This document shows positions 1 through 10,619 of a stretch of 40,917 bases of DNA, one piece after another. The position numbers and the translations under genes are program-made. How positions within the stretch are numbered: the stretch's first letter is position 1; the number at the start of each line of letters is the position of its first letter. The notes beneath the pieces are model-generated. The model was given only the letters and a program-made list of their open reading frames with translations. It ran no database searches and was not told where the DNA came from. Source of the stretch: a virus (taxonomy: Duplodnaviria > Heunggongvirae > Uroviricota > Caudoviricetes); IMG/VR virus record IMGVR_UViG_2721755676_000008, positions 1 through 40,917 of that record; one strand, written 5' to 3'.

Positions 1-198
1 ATGGATGGAGAAAGTTTTAATTTTGACAATACTGATATTGAATTCCTTGCTTCAATGTATGCATCAGCTAAATTATCGGCAAACACAAGCCCCATAATGC
101 ATATAATAGTAAGCATTCCAAGAGATAAGAAAAAACATTTTTATAATCGAGTTAAACATTATCTCAACTTATATTCCGATAAAAAAGACACTCCTTAA
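1..198 (+). CDS. AT-rich ORF of unknown function at the window edge (possibly a cargo gene distal to the tail-fibre genes)
   Basis: Open frame from base 1 to TAA at 196-198; Lys/Asn/Tyr-rich, AT-rich codons; no recognisable domain; may be truncated by the window start. Confidence 0.25.
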   Translation: MDGESFNFDNTDIEFLASMYASAKLSANTSPIMHIIVSIPRDKKKHFYNRVKHYLNLYSDKKDTP

Positions 199-241
199 AA
201 AAGAATGTCATCCCTTTTACTATTAATAATAAAGGGATGAC
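196..241 (-). terminator. Rho-independent terminator-like hairpin downstream of tfa
   Basis: Perfect inverted repeat gtcatccctttt / aaagggatgac (207-241) with a run of A on the plus strand (197-202), i.e. a U-run after the stem on the minus strand. Confidence 0.4.
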
Positions 242-340
242 ACACCCTCAAACCATTCTGTTTTTTACTTCTAATGAATTACATTTCGGCCAGCATTTAT
301 CTGACATTGTAAAAAGAGCACTCTATATAAAGTTTTTGTT

Positions 341-922
341 TTATCCTACAGGTGCTGCTGGCCACTCAATATCAGGTGCAGTTGATGTATCAACACGGTT
401 CAGCAATACCCGATACTTTTTCCATGCTTCCAGCAACGAGATTTCTTCCTCCGTTGCAATTTCCAGATCTGCAGCATCCTGAAGCGGCGCAATATGCTCA
501 CTGGCTACCTGCATCAGGTTGTTTTTTGTTTCTTCCGCCTCCCGGATCCGGAACAGTTTTTCTGCTTCCGTATCCTTCACCCAGGCTGTGCCGTTCCACT
601 TCTGAAACTCCCCTTCCGGCGATAACCAGGTAACATTTTCCGGTAACGGACCGAGTTCAGAAATAAATAACGCGTCGCCGGAAGCCACGTCATAAACCGT
701 TTTACCCCGATGATCTTCAACGAGATGCCACGATGACTCATCACTGTTGAAAACAGCCACGAAGCCAGCCGGAATATCTGGCGGTGCAATATCGGTACTG
801 TTTGCTGGCAGACCTGTATGAGGCGGAATATATGCATCACCTTCACCAATAAATTCATTAGTTCCGGCCAGCAGATTATAAATTTTTATGGTCCGTGGTT
901 GTTCACTCATTCTGAATGCCAT
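341..922 (-). CDS. tfa: Tail fibre assembly protein (Tfa-like chaperone)
   Basis: 193-aa ORF immediately downstream of the side tail fibre gene with ATGA start/stop overlap at 922; size and position typical of lambdoid Tfa. Confidence 0.8.
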   Translation of the reverse strand: MAFRMSEQPRTIKIYNLLAGTNEFIGEGDAYIPPHTGLPANSTDIAPPDIPAGFVAVFNSDESSWHLVEDHRGKTVYDVASGDALFISELGPLPENVTWLSPEGEFQKWNGTAWVKDTEAEKLFRIREAEETKNNLMQVASEHIAPLQDAADLEIATEEEISLLEAWKKYRVLLNRVDTSTAPDIEWPAAPVG

Positions 923-3900
923 TATGCAAGCCTCACAATATAGTTAAATGCGATGTTTTTGACGGTGTTTTCCGCGTTACCAGCAGCGTTAACGGTGATG
1001 GTGTGTCCATGTGAACCAATCGCAACGGAGTGCGTATGAGCACCAATACCGACAGTATGTGCATGTGCGCCTGCGCTTGCAGCAGTGCCGGACAGCGAGT
1101 GGGTATGAGCACCATCTGATGATGTCTTCCCTGCATTACGAGTCTGGCCACTACCGCTTGTTGTGCTCATAATCCCCGCGCTTAGATTTGAAATCGCGGT
1201 ATAACCATTAGGGAAAATGCTCGTGTTCGTGCCACCAAATGCACCGGAACTCTTGTGTTGGTGCGCACCGGCACTATTTGCGGTCCCGCTAATACTATGG
1301 GTATGCGCCCCGGTGTTATTCGTGGATTTGGTTCCGTAATCAAACGACGATGTGGTTTTCGTCCCCAAATCCGTACTGGATGCGCTGGCGCTGTGGGTGT
1401 GCGATTTAATGCCGTCCTGTTCCTGAGATAATACGGCCCGACCACTGGCGGGCTTGCCCTTAATCGTCCAGCCACGCATATCAGGGATCACGCCTGACGG
1501 ATAAGCAACTGCAAGTTTCGGGTATGCAGATTTGTCAAAAGTCTGCCCCTGCATCAGGGCATAGCCAGACGGAACGGTATCTGATGGCCACGGGATTGGT
1601 GCACCGACTGGATAAAACTCTGCAGGAGGATGAGCCGAGGTGTAAAGCTGCGCCCACGGCGACCAGTTTGCGTCGGTCGTATCCCGTCGTGAACGAATAA
1701 ATGCCGGAGCATGAGCACCGCTTGTACCACTCCAGCCGATGAGTAACTCACCTTCGCCAACGGCTGTCATCCCTTTCAGGTGAATGATATTTCCATACGC
1801 TGTTGGATATCCGTTGTTATACACCTCGTATAACTCAAGACCTGCTGCCCCCTGCGTATTGTCTGTCAGCGCGGTTATCCGACCTTTTGAAGCCAGATTA
1901 ACTGATGATACTGCTGTTCCACCTGACGGTAACGCCCCGATCTCTGATGCCGTTGGCTTATTTCTGGAGTTATAGTCCCTTCGCCAGCCAGGTGAATAAT
2001 CTGTTCCGTGATTAATATAGGTAAACTGGGCGTTAGTTGTTCCACCACCAGTGGAGGTGGTCGGTGTGGTAATGCGGATCGTCATCGCTGACTTTATCCC
2101 CATTACTTCAATGACAGCTCCGGCGAGATGAATATTACCGCAGTCAGTATCAGTAATGATTTTATTATTGCCATAAGACCAGGAACCCTTGCACATCCAG
2201 TAGGGATGGTTAAATGCTCCCTGAGAATCCAGCCACTCGATAAACTGTGCAGTCGTCCAGTTTCCTGTTGTTGTGCTTACTGACCCACCGAAGGCACGGC
2301 AGGCACCAATATTTTTCGTAAAGGTGTCTTTGCCAGGGATATCCGCACCGTTCTGATCTTTCTGCAGACGTTTCTCAGCATTGTCATTGGCTGCTTTTAC
2401 TGCCTTTGGTGTCGCGGCAAGCGTTTCAGACGTGCTGTTGGTCGCGCTGCTTAGCTGGATTATCCCTTTCTGTGCTGTCGTTGCATCCTGTGCGGTGTAT
2501 TTCCCGTTAGCCAGGTCATACGCGGCCTTAACGGCTTTTGGTGTTGCCGCCAGTGACTCGGAAGTGCTGTTAGTCGCACTACTGAGCTGTACTATCCCCT
2601 TTTTCGTCGTGCTCGCATCCTCAAGCGCCACGGCGGATGCAATATCCTCTGCCCGTTTTGCTGCTGTCTCGGCGCGCGTTGCTGCGGATTCTGCCGTACT
2701 TTTGCTCTGTGCTGCCGCTGCCGCACTGCCAGCAGCCTCTGTCGCCTTCGTGGATGCCGTCGTGGCGCTGCCCCTCGCTGCTGACGCCTGTCTGGTCGCC
2801 TCATCTTTTGAAGCAGACGCCGATGATGCCGATGACGCCGCCGAACTGGCGGACGATGCGGCAGCCGTTTTTGAGGATTCTGCGCTGGTTTCCGACGCTT
2901 TCGCGTTCGTTTCGGATGTCTTCGCTGCGGAAGCAGACCTCGCTGCTGCGCTGGCCTGTTCAGTGGCTTCGCCAGCCTTCGTTGTGGCTGTTGAAGCGGA
3001 TGATGCGGCGCTTTCTGCCGATTTTCCGGCGGCGGTGGCACTGACTGCTGCCTCCTCTGCCTTAATGGACGCCTCACGGGCCGATGATGCAGCTGTTGTC
3101 TCAGAGTCTGCCGCAGCTGAGGCGCTCTGTTCCGCTGCCGTTTCAGAAGACTTAGCATTCGTCTCGGACGTTTTTGCCGCCTTCACGGAATTTCCTGCCG
3201 CCGTTGCCGAGGAGGCTGCACTGCTGGCGCTTGTGGAGGCGTTCGTTTCTGATGATTTTGCCGCCTCTTTGGAGGCCGCCGCATCCCGGGCTGAAGTGGC
3301 GGCTTCTGACGCTTTCGTCGTCGCAGTGGATGCAGAAGTGGCTGCTGATTGTTGTGACGCTGCGGCATTCGTTTCTGACGTTTTCGCCGCACCGGCACTG
3401 GTGGCCGCCGCGCTTTTTGAGGACTCTGCAGCGGCAGCACTTTTTGATGCTTCAGTGGCCTTTGTTGATGCCGTTCCTGCGCTGGAAGACGCCTCCTGAG
3501 CCGACGTCGCGGCCTGTCCGGCTGACGTGCTGGCTGCACGCGCTGAGCCTGCAGCATCAGTCGCATGGGTTGCCGCCTCACTGGCAGATGTGCCGGCATC
3601 ACTGGCTGACTTCTTCGCGGCTGCCGTGTTCTGTGCCACCGCGGACGCGTTACGCGCCACCTCTTCCACCATCAGTTCAAAACGGCGCAGAGCCTCCGGA
3701 CGGGCATCATCCTCCGTCATGGCACCGAGAAAATCATTCAGCGTACCGGGTCGGGAATCTTCATACACGGTGATGGTCCCGGCATGTGACGGCGGGAATC
3801 CTTCCACCAACAGAATAACGCTGTACTGACCGTACTCAACGTCCATGCTGTAACGCCCGGCTTCATCCGGATTTTCTGAGGCCAGCGTGTTCACCACCAC

Positions 3901-4002
3901 CGTGGTGCTGTTACGTTTTGCTTTCAGCTGGATTGTGCAGTTCTGTACCGGTTTTCCTGTGCCGTCTTTCAGTACACCTGAAATCTTTACTGCCATATTC
4001 AC
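922..4002 (-). CDS. stf: Side tail fibre protein (Stf-like), Ala/Ser-rich repetitive shaft and His-rich C-terminal receptor-binding region
   Basis: 1026-aa ORF; long low-complexity repeats (KTSETNA..., AAxSA); duplicated ~30-aa motif GI(V/I)[11 protein letters not shown](S/T)[11 protein letters not shown] typical of phage tail-fibre repeats; C-terminal GAHTHS / GAHAH His-rich repeats; sits between lom and tfa as in lambda. Confidence 0.85.
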   Translation of the reverse strand: MNMAVKISGVLKDGTGKPVQNCTIQLKAKRNSTTVVVNTLASENPDEAGRYSMDVEYGQYSVILLVEGFPPSHAGTITVYEDSRPGTLNDFLGAMTEDDARPEALRRFELMVEEVARNASAVAQNTAAAKKSASDAGTSASEAATHATDAAGSARAASTSAGQAATSAQEASSSAGTASTKATEASKSAAAAESSKSAAATSAGAAKTSETNAAASQQSAATSASTATTKASEAATSARDAAASKEAAKSSETNASTSASSAASSATAAGNSVKAAKTSETNAKSSETAAEQSASAAADSETTAASSAREASIKAEEAAVSATAAGKSAESAASSASTATTKAGEATEQASAAARSASAAKTSETNAKASETSAESSKTAAASSASSAASSASSASASKDEATRQASAARGSATTASTKATEAAGSAAAAAQSKSTAESAATRAETAAKRAEDIASAVALEDASTTKKGIVQLSSATNSTSESLAATPKAVKAAYDLANGKYTAQDATTAQKGIIQLSSATNSTSETLAATPKAVKAANDNAEKRLQKDQNGADIPGKDTFTKNIGACRAFGGSVSTTTGNWTTAQFIEWLDSQGAFNHPYWMCKGSWSYGNNKIITDTDCGNIHLAGAVIEVMGIKSAMTIRITTPTTSTGGGTTNAQFTYINHGTDYSPGWRRDYNSRNKPTASEIGALPSGGTAVSSVNLASKGRITALTDNTQGAAGLELYEVYNNGYPTAYGNIIHLKGMTAVGEGELLIGWSGTSGAHAPAFIRSRRDTTDANWSPWAQLYTSAHPPAEFYPVGAPIPWPSDTVPSGYALMQGQTFDKSAYPKLAVAYPSGVIPDMRGWTIKGKPASGRAVLSQEQDGIKSHTHSASASSTDLGTKTTSSFDYGTKSTNNTGAHTHSISGTANSAGAHQHKSSGAFGGTNTSIFPNGYTAISNLSAGIMSTTSGSGQTRNAGKTSSDGAHTHSLSGTAASAGAHAHTVGIGAHTHSVAIGSHGHTITVNAAGNAENTVKNIAFNYIVRLA

Positions 4003-4016
4003 CCCACAAAAAAGCC

Positions 4017-4044
4017 CGCCTGAACCGGCGGGCTGTCATAACAC
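4017..4044 (-). terminator. Rho-independent terminator downstream of lom
   Basis: Hairpin agcccgcc-tgaacc-ggcgggct preceded on the plus strand by A6, giving stem plus U-run on the minus strand just after the lom stop. Confidence 0.6.
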
Positions 4045-4060
4045 TGTGTTACCTGGCTAA

Positions 4061-4660
4061 TCAGAACTTATAACCGACACCCACGATGAAACCGTCAGTG
4101 CGCCAGTCGCCACTGCCGGAGCCTTCATAAGCAATATCAATGGCCACGGATTCGGTCGGGTTAAACTGCACGCCAGCTCCCCACGCCAGAGACGTGTTGC
4201 TGTGGCGACCGTCATCACTTCCGGTCAGCACGTCGTGCGTTTTCCCCTTGTTGTCAGTTACGCGGAGATAATCCCCGGAGAAAGTCGACACACGGCTGTA
4301 AGCCACACCCGCCATCGCATACGCGCTGAACCATTCATTCACGCGCACAGACGGCCCCGCCATTACGCTGAACCAGCGGTTACGAACGGAATCTTCATGC
4401 CAGCGGGTATCGCTGTAATGGGTCAGCTGGCGATTCTTGTCTCCTGCATAGCTGAATGACGTCACCAGCCCCAGCGTATCCGTAAACTCATAACGGTATT
4501 TCACGTTAATCCCGTTCAGATCATCACTGCCGGGAACGTTGGTCCGGGCATGAAGATACCCCGCGCTCAGCGTGGACTGATGTTCAGACGCCCATGCAGG
4601 CGCACCGGATACGGCCAGACAAATGGCTGCGGACAAAATGGCTGCACAAACTTTACGCAT
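4061..4660 (-). CDS. lom: Lom-like outer-membrane beta-barrel protein (Ail/Lom/PagC family)
   Basis: 199-aa ORF with N-terminal signal peptide (MRKVCAAILSAAICLAVSGAPAWA), alternating beta-strand pattern and C-terminal ...VGYKF; located directly after J as in lambda. Confidence 0.85.
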   Translation of the reverse strand: MRKVCAAILSAAICLAVSGAPAWASEHQSTLSAGYLHARTNVPGSDDLNGINVKYRYEFTDTLGLVTSFSYAGDKNRQLTHYSDTRWHEDSVRNRWFSVMAGPSVRVNEWFSAYAMAGVAYSRVSTFSGDYLRVTDNKGKTHDVLTGSDDGRHSNTSLAWGAGVQFNPTESVAIDIAYEGSGSGDWRTDGFIVGVGYKF

Positions 4661-4684
4661 AATTACCTCTCGCTTTTCTGCAAT

Positions 4685-4708
4685 AAAAAAGGCGTCATTC
4701 CTGACGCC
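4685..4708 (-). terminator. Rho-independent terminator downstream of J
   Basis: Hairpin ggcgtca-ttcc-tgacgcc preceded by A6 on the plus strand (U-run on the minus strand) 23 bp after the J stop. Confidence 0.6.
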
Positions 4709-4730
4709 ATTTATTGGGGTTATAAATATT

Positions 4731-7700
4731 TCAACGAATACTGATGCCTGAAGCCGCTTTTTTGGTCACAATCACCGTACAGTCGGTGATATTACCTGCC
4801 CGCTGATTGCCTTTATGGAAAACCTTAAACTCCAGAGTGACGCTTCCCCTGCCACTCGGCATATCAATAACCGCACTGTAGCTACCGGGAATGGCCCCTT
4901 TAGTTTCTCTGGATGCGATTAATACACCGTTTTTGCGAACTTCAAAACCATAACCCGTGTATCTTGTACCTCCCGGGTTATTACCACTTCCCGGATCGCT
5001 ATACGCTATTCCGTTAAAGATAATGGGCGGAATAATGATTTGACGGTCAAAGTTATGATCATCGCTGATGGTGACTGTAACCGTCCCGTTTGGTGTTTCC
5101 GTATTACCCCACGTACCAGCCTGTTTCGGGAATGATTTGGATACAGCTTTAACGAAGTCACCTCTGACCTGAGTCGCCTCCAGCATGCCCTTAATCGTAC
5201 AGTTTTCATTTACCGTGACATTGTTGAGCGTCCCGGCGTTCGCATTCACACTGCCACTGATATCCGCATTTTTAGCGGTCAGCTTTCCGTCCGGTGTCAG
5301 GGAAAATGCCGGCGGATTTCCACCGCTGGTAATGGTGGGAGCCGTCAGGCGTTTCAGGAACACGTCATTCATGAATATCTGATCACCCTGACCAACAAAC
5401 ATCGGTTTTGTGTTGCCATTTGCAGGATTAATCATCGCAATCCTGTCCGCCGCCAGCAGCACCTGACTCTGCATGCCGTCAGGGGTGTTCTCAATACCGG
5501 CACCGATACCCGCAATATAAAGGCGTCCGTCCTGCATCTGCTGCAGCTTCACTGCCCACATGCTGTTCAGGTTATTATTTGTATCAACCTGAACCTTCTG
5601 TATCTGCTGGATCGCTGCACTCTGGTCTTCCAGTTTCTTATTGACGGTCTGTGTTATTTCATTGCTGACATCCGTTATGGACGTCCTGATTTCAGTCAGG
5701 TCAGGCGCAAGCTGACCGTTATCAATCTGCGTCCACAGCTCCTGAGCCAGATGGGTTTTCCCTATCTCGCCTTTGAAAAAATCCAGATAGCCTGATGCAT
5801 CATCACTCGGCTGACCGACAGCCTCCACGAATGCCGATTTGCCAACGGTGTTCACACTGCGAACGTAAAAATAATAATCATGGCCCGGTTTGATATTGAT
5901 ACTGGCGGCTATCCAGTACAGTGCCGTACCAAGATAACGCGCGCTGGTTTCAACCTGCCTGATATCCGCAATCCGTTTTTCCGAGAACCAGAACTCAAAC
6001 TGTACCGTCGGGTCATAAACCGCAAGATGCGGCGTGGCGGTTATCTGAAAATAGCCCGGCGTCAGCTCAATCCGCGACGGCGCTGCCGGTGCGGCAATCC
6101 GGAACGATACCGACGCCGGATCGCCCTGCTGCCCCCAGGCATTTGCCGCCCGGACTGTCAGCCTGTAGTTTCCCAACGCCAGTTGCGTGAAGCGGTATGT
6201 GGTTTCCGTCGTCCGGGCCGTGCTGACCAGCCGCTCACTGCCGTCATCCGCTGCCACGGTCAGGCGAAGCATAAAGCTCACGCCCTTCACCACCTTCGGC
6301 GTGTCCCAGCGGGCCAGTACCTGATACTCCCCGCTGTCTGCGGTGACTTCGGCAGTCAGGTGCTGCACCGCTGGCGGCGTGACACCATTCACCGTGCCGC
6401 TCTGGTCGCCGTCAAAGTGCGCCCCGTTATCCACGATGGCTTCTTTTTCCGGTACATGCTGCACGGCAGTGATGGCATACGTGCCGTCATCGTTCTCACG
6501 GATACTCACACAGCGGAACAGGCGCTGACGCAACGTCGGCAACTTCAGCCCCCACACGCTGTATCCGGCAACGCCGTCAGGAACCCGGTTCACTTTCACC
6601 TTAAGTCCGTCGGTGACGGACTGAACCTCCACGCTGAACGGATTACCACTTCCGTCAACCAGGCTTATCAGCGTGGTACCGGAGGATGGCAGCGTGATTT
6701 CACGGTCGAGCGTCAGCGTCCGGGTCTGGCTGTTCACCGCCAGCACGCGACCACCGGTGCTGATACCGGCATAGTCATCATCGCAGATTTCAATGACATC
6801 GCCCGGTACATGGCGAAGCCCTTCTGCGCCCACGCTGAAGTCCACGGTCTGCGTCTCCAGCAGTTCCGTTTTAATCAGCCACAGCCCGGCGCGGTGTGCC
6901 TGCCCCCGGCTGGTACAGCCAAAGGCATCCATCTTCGTGACATTACGACCATAACGGGCAATGGCCTGCGTATCTTCAACAAGCTCTGTCGCCGTCTCCC
7001 AGCCGTTGTTCGGGTCAATCCAGTTCACCTCAACGGCATTATGGCGGTCCTTCAGGGCGCTGAAACTGTAGCGGAACGGCGCGCCATCATCCGGCATCAC
7101 CACATTACTGCGGTTATAGGTCCACACCTTATCTGATGGTCGGTCCTGCACGAACGTCAGCGTCTGCCCGTTCCATACCGGCATACAGCGCATCGCCGAG
7201 CAGAAATCACTGAGCACATCCCACGCCTTACGCTGTGTGGTCAGGTACGCATTACAGGTAATGCGCGGCTCCGTGCCGCCAAAGCCGTCCGGCACCGACT
7301 GGTCGCAGTACTGGCCGATGACATACAGCGCCCATTTATCCACATCCGCCGCACCAAGACGTTTCCCCATGCCGTAGCGCGGATGGGTCAGCATATCCCA
7401 CAGACACCAGGCCATGTTGTTGCTATATGCTGGTTTTAACGTTCCGTCCCAGATACCGCTGTATTGTCGCGTCTGCGGGTTATAGTTCGACGGCACCTGC
7501 AGAATGCGCCCGCGAAGATGATAATTACGACTCACCTGCTGGCTACCGAACTGCTCCGAGTCCACCTGTACGCCGACCAGTGCCGTGTTCGGGTAGCACT
7601 GTTTCACATCGATGATTTCGGTGTATGACGACCAGAGCGTTTTGTTCTGCAGCTGGTCTGTGGTGCTGTCCGGCGTCATCCTGCGCATCCGGATATTAAA

Positions 7701-8228
7701 CGGGCGCGGCGGCAGGTTATCCACCACCACCGAGGCCAGATACTGCGAGGTGGTTTTGCCTTTAATGGTGATGTCTTTTTCCGTCACCCAGCCACCATTA
7801 CGCTGTATCTGAACCAGCAGGCGGACTTCCGACGGATTCCGGTCACCCTTTGAGGTGGTTTCCACCAGTGCCTGCACACCGAAGGTAAAGCGCAGACGGT
7901 CGATGTTTGCCGACGTGATGGTGCGGGTGATCGGCGTGTCATATTTCACTTCCGTACCCAGCACAGTCTCGGAGCCGGAGGATTCAAAACCTTCCGGCGG
8001 TGTCTGCTCCTGCTCACCTGCCCGGAACACCACCGTGACGCCGGAGATGTTGGTATTCCCCTCACTGTCCAGCACCGGCGTACTGTTCAGCAGCACGCTT
8101 TTTAATCCATCTACCGGACCTTCAACCGGCCCTTCGCTGATGGCATCGATCACACTCAGCAACTGCGTGGACTTCAGGTTGTCCTTCGCTTCGCGCGGGG
8201 TATGCCCCTTACTGCTTCCTTTACCCAT
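4731..8228 (-). CDS. J: Host specificity protein J (central tail fibre / tail tip)
   Basis: 1165-aa ORF, lambda gpJ-like throughout, in the expected position after tail assembly gene I. Confidence 0.9.
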   Translation of the reverse strand: MGKGSSKGHTPREAKDNLKSTQLLSVIDAISEGPVEGPVDGLKSVLLNSTPVLDSEGNTNISGVTVVFRAGEQEQTPPEGFESSGSETVLGTEVKYDTPITRTITSANIDRLRFTFGVQALVETTSKGDRNPSEVRLLVQIQRNGGWVTEKDITIKGKTTSQYLASVVVDNLPPRPFNIRMRRMTPDSTTDQLQNKTLWSSYTEIIDVKQCYPNTALVGVQVDSEQFGSQQVSRNYHLRGRILQVPSNYNPQTRQYSGIWDGTLKPAYSNNMAWCLWDMLTHPRYGMGKRLGAADVDKWALYVIGQYCDQSVPDGFGGTEPRITCNAYLTTQRKAWDVLSDFCSAMRCMPVWNGQTLTFVQDRPSDKVWTYNRSNVVMPDDGAPFRYSFSALKDRHNAVEVNWIDPNNGWETATELVEDTQAIARYGRNVTKMDAFGCTSRGQAHRAGLWLIKTELLETQTVDFSVGAEGLRHVPGDVIEICDDDYAGISTGGRVLAVNSQTRTLTLDREITLPSSGTTLISLVDGSGNPFSVEVQSVTDGLKVKVNRVPDGVAGYSVWGLKLPTLRQRLFRCVSIRENDDGTYAITAVQHVPEKEAIVDNGAHFDGDQSGTVNGVTPPAVQHLTAEVTADSGEYQVLARWDTPKVVKGVSFMLRLTVAADDGSERLVSTARTTETTYRFTQLALGNYRLTVRAANAWGQQGDPASVSFRIAAPAAPSRIELTPGYFQITATPHLAVYDPTVQFEFWFSEKRIADIRQVETSARYLGTALYWIAASINIKPGHDYYFYVRSVNTVGKSAFVEAVGQPSDDASGYLDFFKGEIGKTHLAQELWTQIDNGQLAPDLTEIRTSITDVSNEITQTVNKKLEDQSAAIQQIQKVQVDTNNNLNSMWAVKLQQMQDGRLYIAGIGAGIENTPDGMQSQVLLAADRIAMINPANGNTKPMFVGQGDQIFMNDVFLKRLTAPTITSGGNPPAFSLTPDGKLTAKNADISGSVNANAGTLNNVTVNENCTIKGMLEATQVRGDFVKAVSKSFPKQAGTWGNTETPNGTVTVTISDDHNFDRQIIIPPIIFNGIAYSDPGSGNNPGGTRYTGYGFEVRKNGVLIASRETKGAIPGSYSAVIDMPSGRGSVTLEFKVFHKGNQRAGNITDCTVIVTKKAASGISIR

Positions 8229-8288
8229 TCCTCACGCTCCATAAATGACAAAACCGCCCGCAGGCGGTTTCACATAAAACATTTTGCA

Positions 8289-8936
8289 TCAGCGACCAAT
8301 CACCACAACCTGACCACCGTCCCCTTCGTCTGCCGTGCTGATCTCCTGAGAAACCACACGTGATCCCACGCGCATTTCACCGTACAGAACGGGCAGAACA
8401 TTGCCCTGGGCAACCATGTTATCCAGTGAGGAGAAATAGGTGTTCTGTTTGCCGTTATCCGTTGTCTGTGTACGGGGAGTTCTGGCTTTCGGTGCCAGCA
8501 TCTGCGCCACTCCGCCCAGGATCATACTGGCCCCTGCCGCATACATGCCCGATACAGCCGCGGCCCCCAGCCAGCCCACAGGGTTCCACCATGCCACCGC
8601 AATCAGCGCCGCCCCAAGCACCACCTGAAACACACCGCCACTTTTAGCTCCCGCCAGACGCGGCACGATGTGGATCACGGCACCATTTGCCAGCGGCTCA
8701 TTAAGACGGGCAGATAATTCATTTTCGCCTGCATCACGCCCGGCAATGCGCACCTGATACCAGCCCTCATTCAGTTTCTGACGAAACACCGGGAGCTGTG
8801 TGGCCAGTGCCCGGATGGCTTCAGCCCCCGTTTTCACACGAAGGTCGATACGGCGACCAAATCGTTGCAAATCCCCGTAAAGGCAGATGCGTGCCATGCC
8901 CGGTGACGCCAGAGGGAGTGTGTGCGTCGCTGCCAT
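8289..8936 (-). CDS. I: Tail assembly protein I
   Basis: 215-aa ORF, N-terminal MAATHTLPLASPGMARICLYGDLQRFG... and C-terminal ...GDGGQVVVIGR as in lambda gpI; 5' end overlaps the 3' end of K as in lambda. Confidence 0.85.
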   Translation of the reverse strand: MAATHTLPLASPGMARICLYGDLQRFGRRIDLRVKTGAEAIRALATQLPVFRQKLNEGWYQVRIAGRDAGENELSARLNEPLANGAVIHIVPRLAGAKSGGVFQVVLGAALIAVAWWNPVGWLGAAAVSGMYAAGASMILGGVAQMLAPKARTPRTQTTDNGKQNTYFSSLDNMVAQGNVLPVLYGEMRVGSRVVSQEISTADEGDGGQVVVIGR

Positions 8937-9577
8937 TTGTCGGTGTACCTCTCTCGTTTACTCAGTTGTTCAGGAATATGGTGCAGCAGCTCGCCGTCGC
9001 CACAGTAAATGGCGGCATGATTCGGCACCGATGAACCAAAACAGCACAGCAGCACGTCGCCAGGCTGCGCCTCTGTCAGTGGGACACGGTAAAAACCCGT
9101 TGCCTCCATATTGTCAAGATAGAGATTCTGACCGTGACGCCACCAGTCATCCCCGCGATGAAAATCCGGCATCTCAATCCCCGCCAGATGATAAGCATCC
9201 CGGAACAGCGTGTAACAGTCCGTCACCCCGTGCTCAAAGCGCCGCCCGGTGAGATGCGGCACACAGCGGAACTTATGAATCGTCCCCCGGCAGACCAGCC
9301 ACCACGGCAAATCACTCTGCACCTGCAGCCGCCGGTCGGCCTCACTCAGCCAGGGCAGACCACCGGGGTGGCTGTGGACCAGCGCCACAATCTCACCCTG
9401 CATTTCTGCCTGCAGCCAGTCCTCCGGCGACATACGGAAATACGCCTCCGGCTCACCGGAGATATTCACGCAGGGGAAATATCTTTCCCCCTCCGGCGTG
9501 CTTACCACGAAGCCGCACGACTCCGCTGGCGCACATCGCCGGGCGTGCGCCAGAATCGCTGATTCTGTCTGTGTCAT
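8834..9577 (-). CDS. K: Tail assembly protein K (NlpC/P60-like / JAB-type)
   Basis: 247-aa ORF lambda gpK-like (HSHP motif, conserved Cys/His), between L and I. Confidence 0.85.
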   Translation of the reverse strand: MTQTESAILAHARRCAPAESCGFVVSTPEGERYFPCVNISGEPEAYFRMSPEDWLQAEMQGEIVALVHSHPGGLPWLSEADRRLQVQSDLPWWLVCRGTIHKFRCVPHLTGRRFEHGVTDCYTLFRDAYHLAGIEMPDFHRGDDWWRHGQNLYLDNMEATGFYRVPLTEAQPGDVLLCCFGSSVPNHAAIYCGDGELLHHIPEQLSKRERYTDKWQRRTHSLWRHRAWHASAFTGICNDLVAVSTFV

Positions 9578-9582
9578 GGGAT

Positions 9583-10280
9583 TTACTGCGAAAGTTTGTT
9601 AATGGAAAGGAAGCCGCCAAAGTTGCCGACGTTATTGCGAAACTTACAGCCGCTCAGGCATTTGCTGCATTTATCCTTCGTGATATCGGACGTCGGCTGA
9701 TCATATTCATCCGCGACCGCCGGACCGTGATAACCGCACTCGTCACCGCGATAGGTCCAGGTGCAGGTGTTGGCCAGCATGATACGTCCCGGAAAAACGG
9801 CACCGTCCGTTTCCGTCGGCGTGGACAGTACAAAAGAGGCACTCACCGCGCTCAGTTCGCTGCACTGCTCGATGCGCCAGCGGCTAATCACCTCCTGCTC
9901 CGGATCGGCGTCACTGTTTCCGTTGACGAAGTTCACCGCATCCAGAAAACGGGCGTAAACCTTACGCCGGACCACCGTTCCGCCGACCAGACTCTGCAGG
10001 TCTTCCGCCATCCCGGTGACCATGCCGTGCAGGTTAGAAACCGTCAGTGTCGGACGGGCAGCACTGCCCTTGCCATTCAGTTCAAATCCCGTCCCCTGAA
10101 TGGGGTATGCCTGATACTGCCGCCCCTGCCAGGTAACCGGCTCACCTTTTCGTTCTGCTCATTACAGAAAAAATAACGTTCACCACCGACCTCTGTCAGA
10201 TCGATTTCCCAGAGCACCACCTGGGCTGACTGAGTGAGGCGTGTCGTCTCATGATGTGTTTCCTGTGGAATATCCTGCAT
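9583..10280 (-). pseudogene. L: Minor tail protein L split by a -1 frameshift
   Basis: The N-terminal L-like fragment (ORF 10077-10280, MQDIPQETH...FFCNEQNEK) and the C-terminal L-like fragment (ORF 9583-10023, MVTGMAEDLQSLVGG...) are in different frames; the frame switch maps to the T4 run at 10147-10150 (A4 on the coding strand); translated in the other frame the sequence continues GEPVTWQGRQYQ... as expected for gpL. Confidence 0.7.
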
Positions 10281-10289
10281 CAGAGCCTC

Positions 10290-10619
10290 CTATGCCACGA
10301 CCTGTTCAAAATCTGCCGTTATGGTTATCCACAGCGCCCCCACGCTTGCCGACCATTTACGACAAACCACCCTGATCGGCTTCCAGTCATAAGGTGGCGT
10401 CCACTGAAATGCGCGGACGCCACCGTGCCGTTCCAGAAAGGCTTTTAAAGATGGGTGTTCACATTTACGAACACGTATCGTCACGCTGTAAATCGACAAC
10501 TGGTTATTCAGTCCCGCCGCACGACGCTGTTCATAACCATCGCCCAGCTTCACTGTCACCACTTTCGGCTCTGATACCACATTCATATCCGGGCGCACTT
10601 TCCAGTGAAACGTCTCCAT
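10290..10619 (-). CDS. M: Minor tail protein M
   Basis: 109-aa ORF between H and L; size, position and sequence as lambda gpM. Confidence 0.85.
   Translation of the reverse strand: METFHWKVRPDMNVVSEPKVVTVKLGDGYEQRRAAGLNNQLSIYSVTIRVRKCEHPSLKAFLERHGGVRAFQWTPPYDWKPIRVVCRKWSASVGALWITITADFEQVVA

Noticed and set aside
2381-3499. 372-aa plus-strand ORF, and Arg/Pro-rich ORFs 2592-3158, 2637-3044, 3174-3773, 3183-3602
   Set aside because: All lie antisense or out of frame within the repetitive Ala/Ser-rich stf gene; low-complexity products (poly-Ala, Arg/Pro-rich) are frame artefacts of the GC-rich repeats
2381-3600. Possible CRISPR-like or tandem repeat array suggested by periodic DNA repeats
   Set aside because: The repeats are in frame within stf and encode the repetitive fibre shaft; no spacer-repeat organisation and no cas genes
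5880-7136. 418-aa plus-strand ORF
   Set aside because: Antisense to the well-supported J gene; Arg-rich, no domain features; long antisense ORFs are expected in GC-rich coding DNA
8229-8288. Hairpin aaaccgcccgcaggcggttt between I and J
   Set aside because: Could be an intercistronic attenuator, but it lies inside a tightly packed late operon where termination is not expected; too weak to report as a feature
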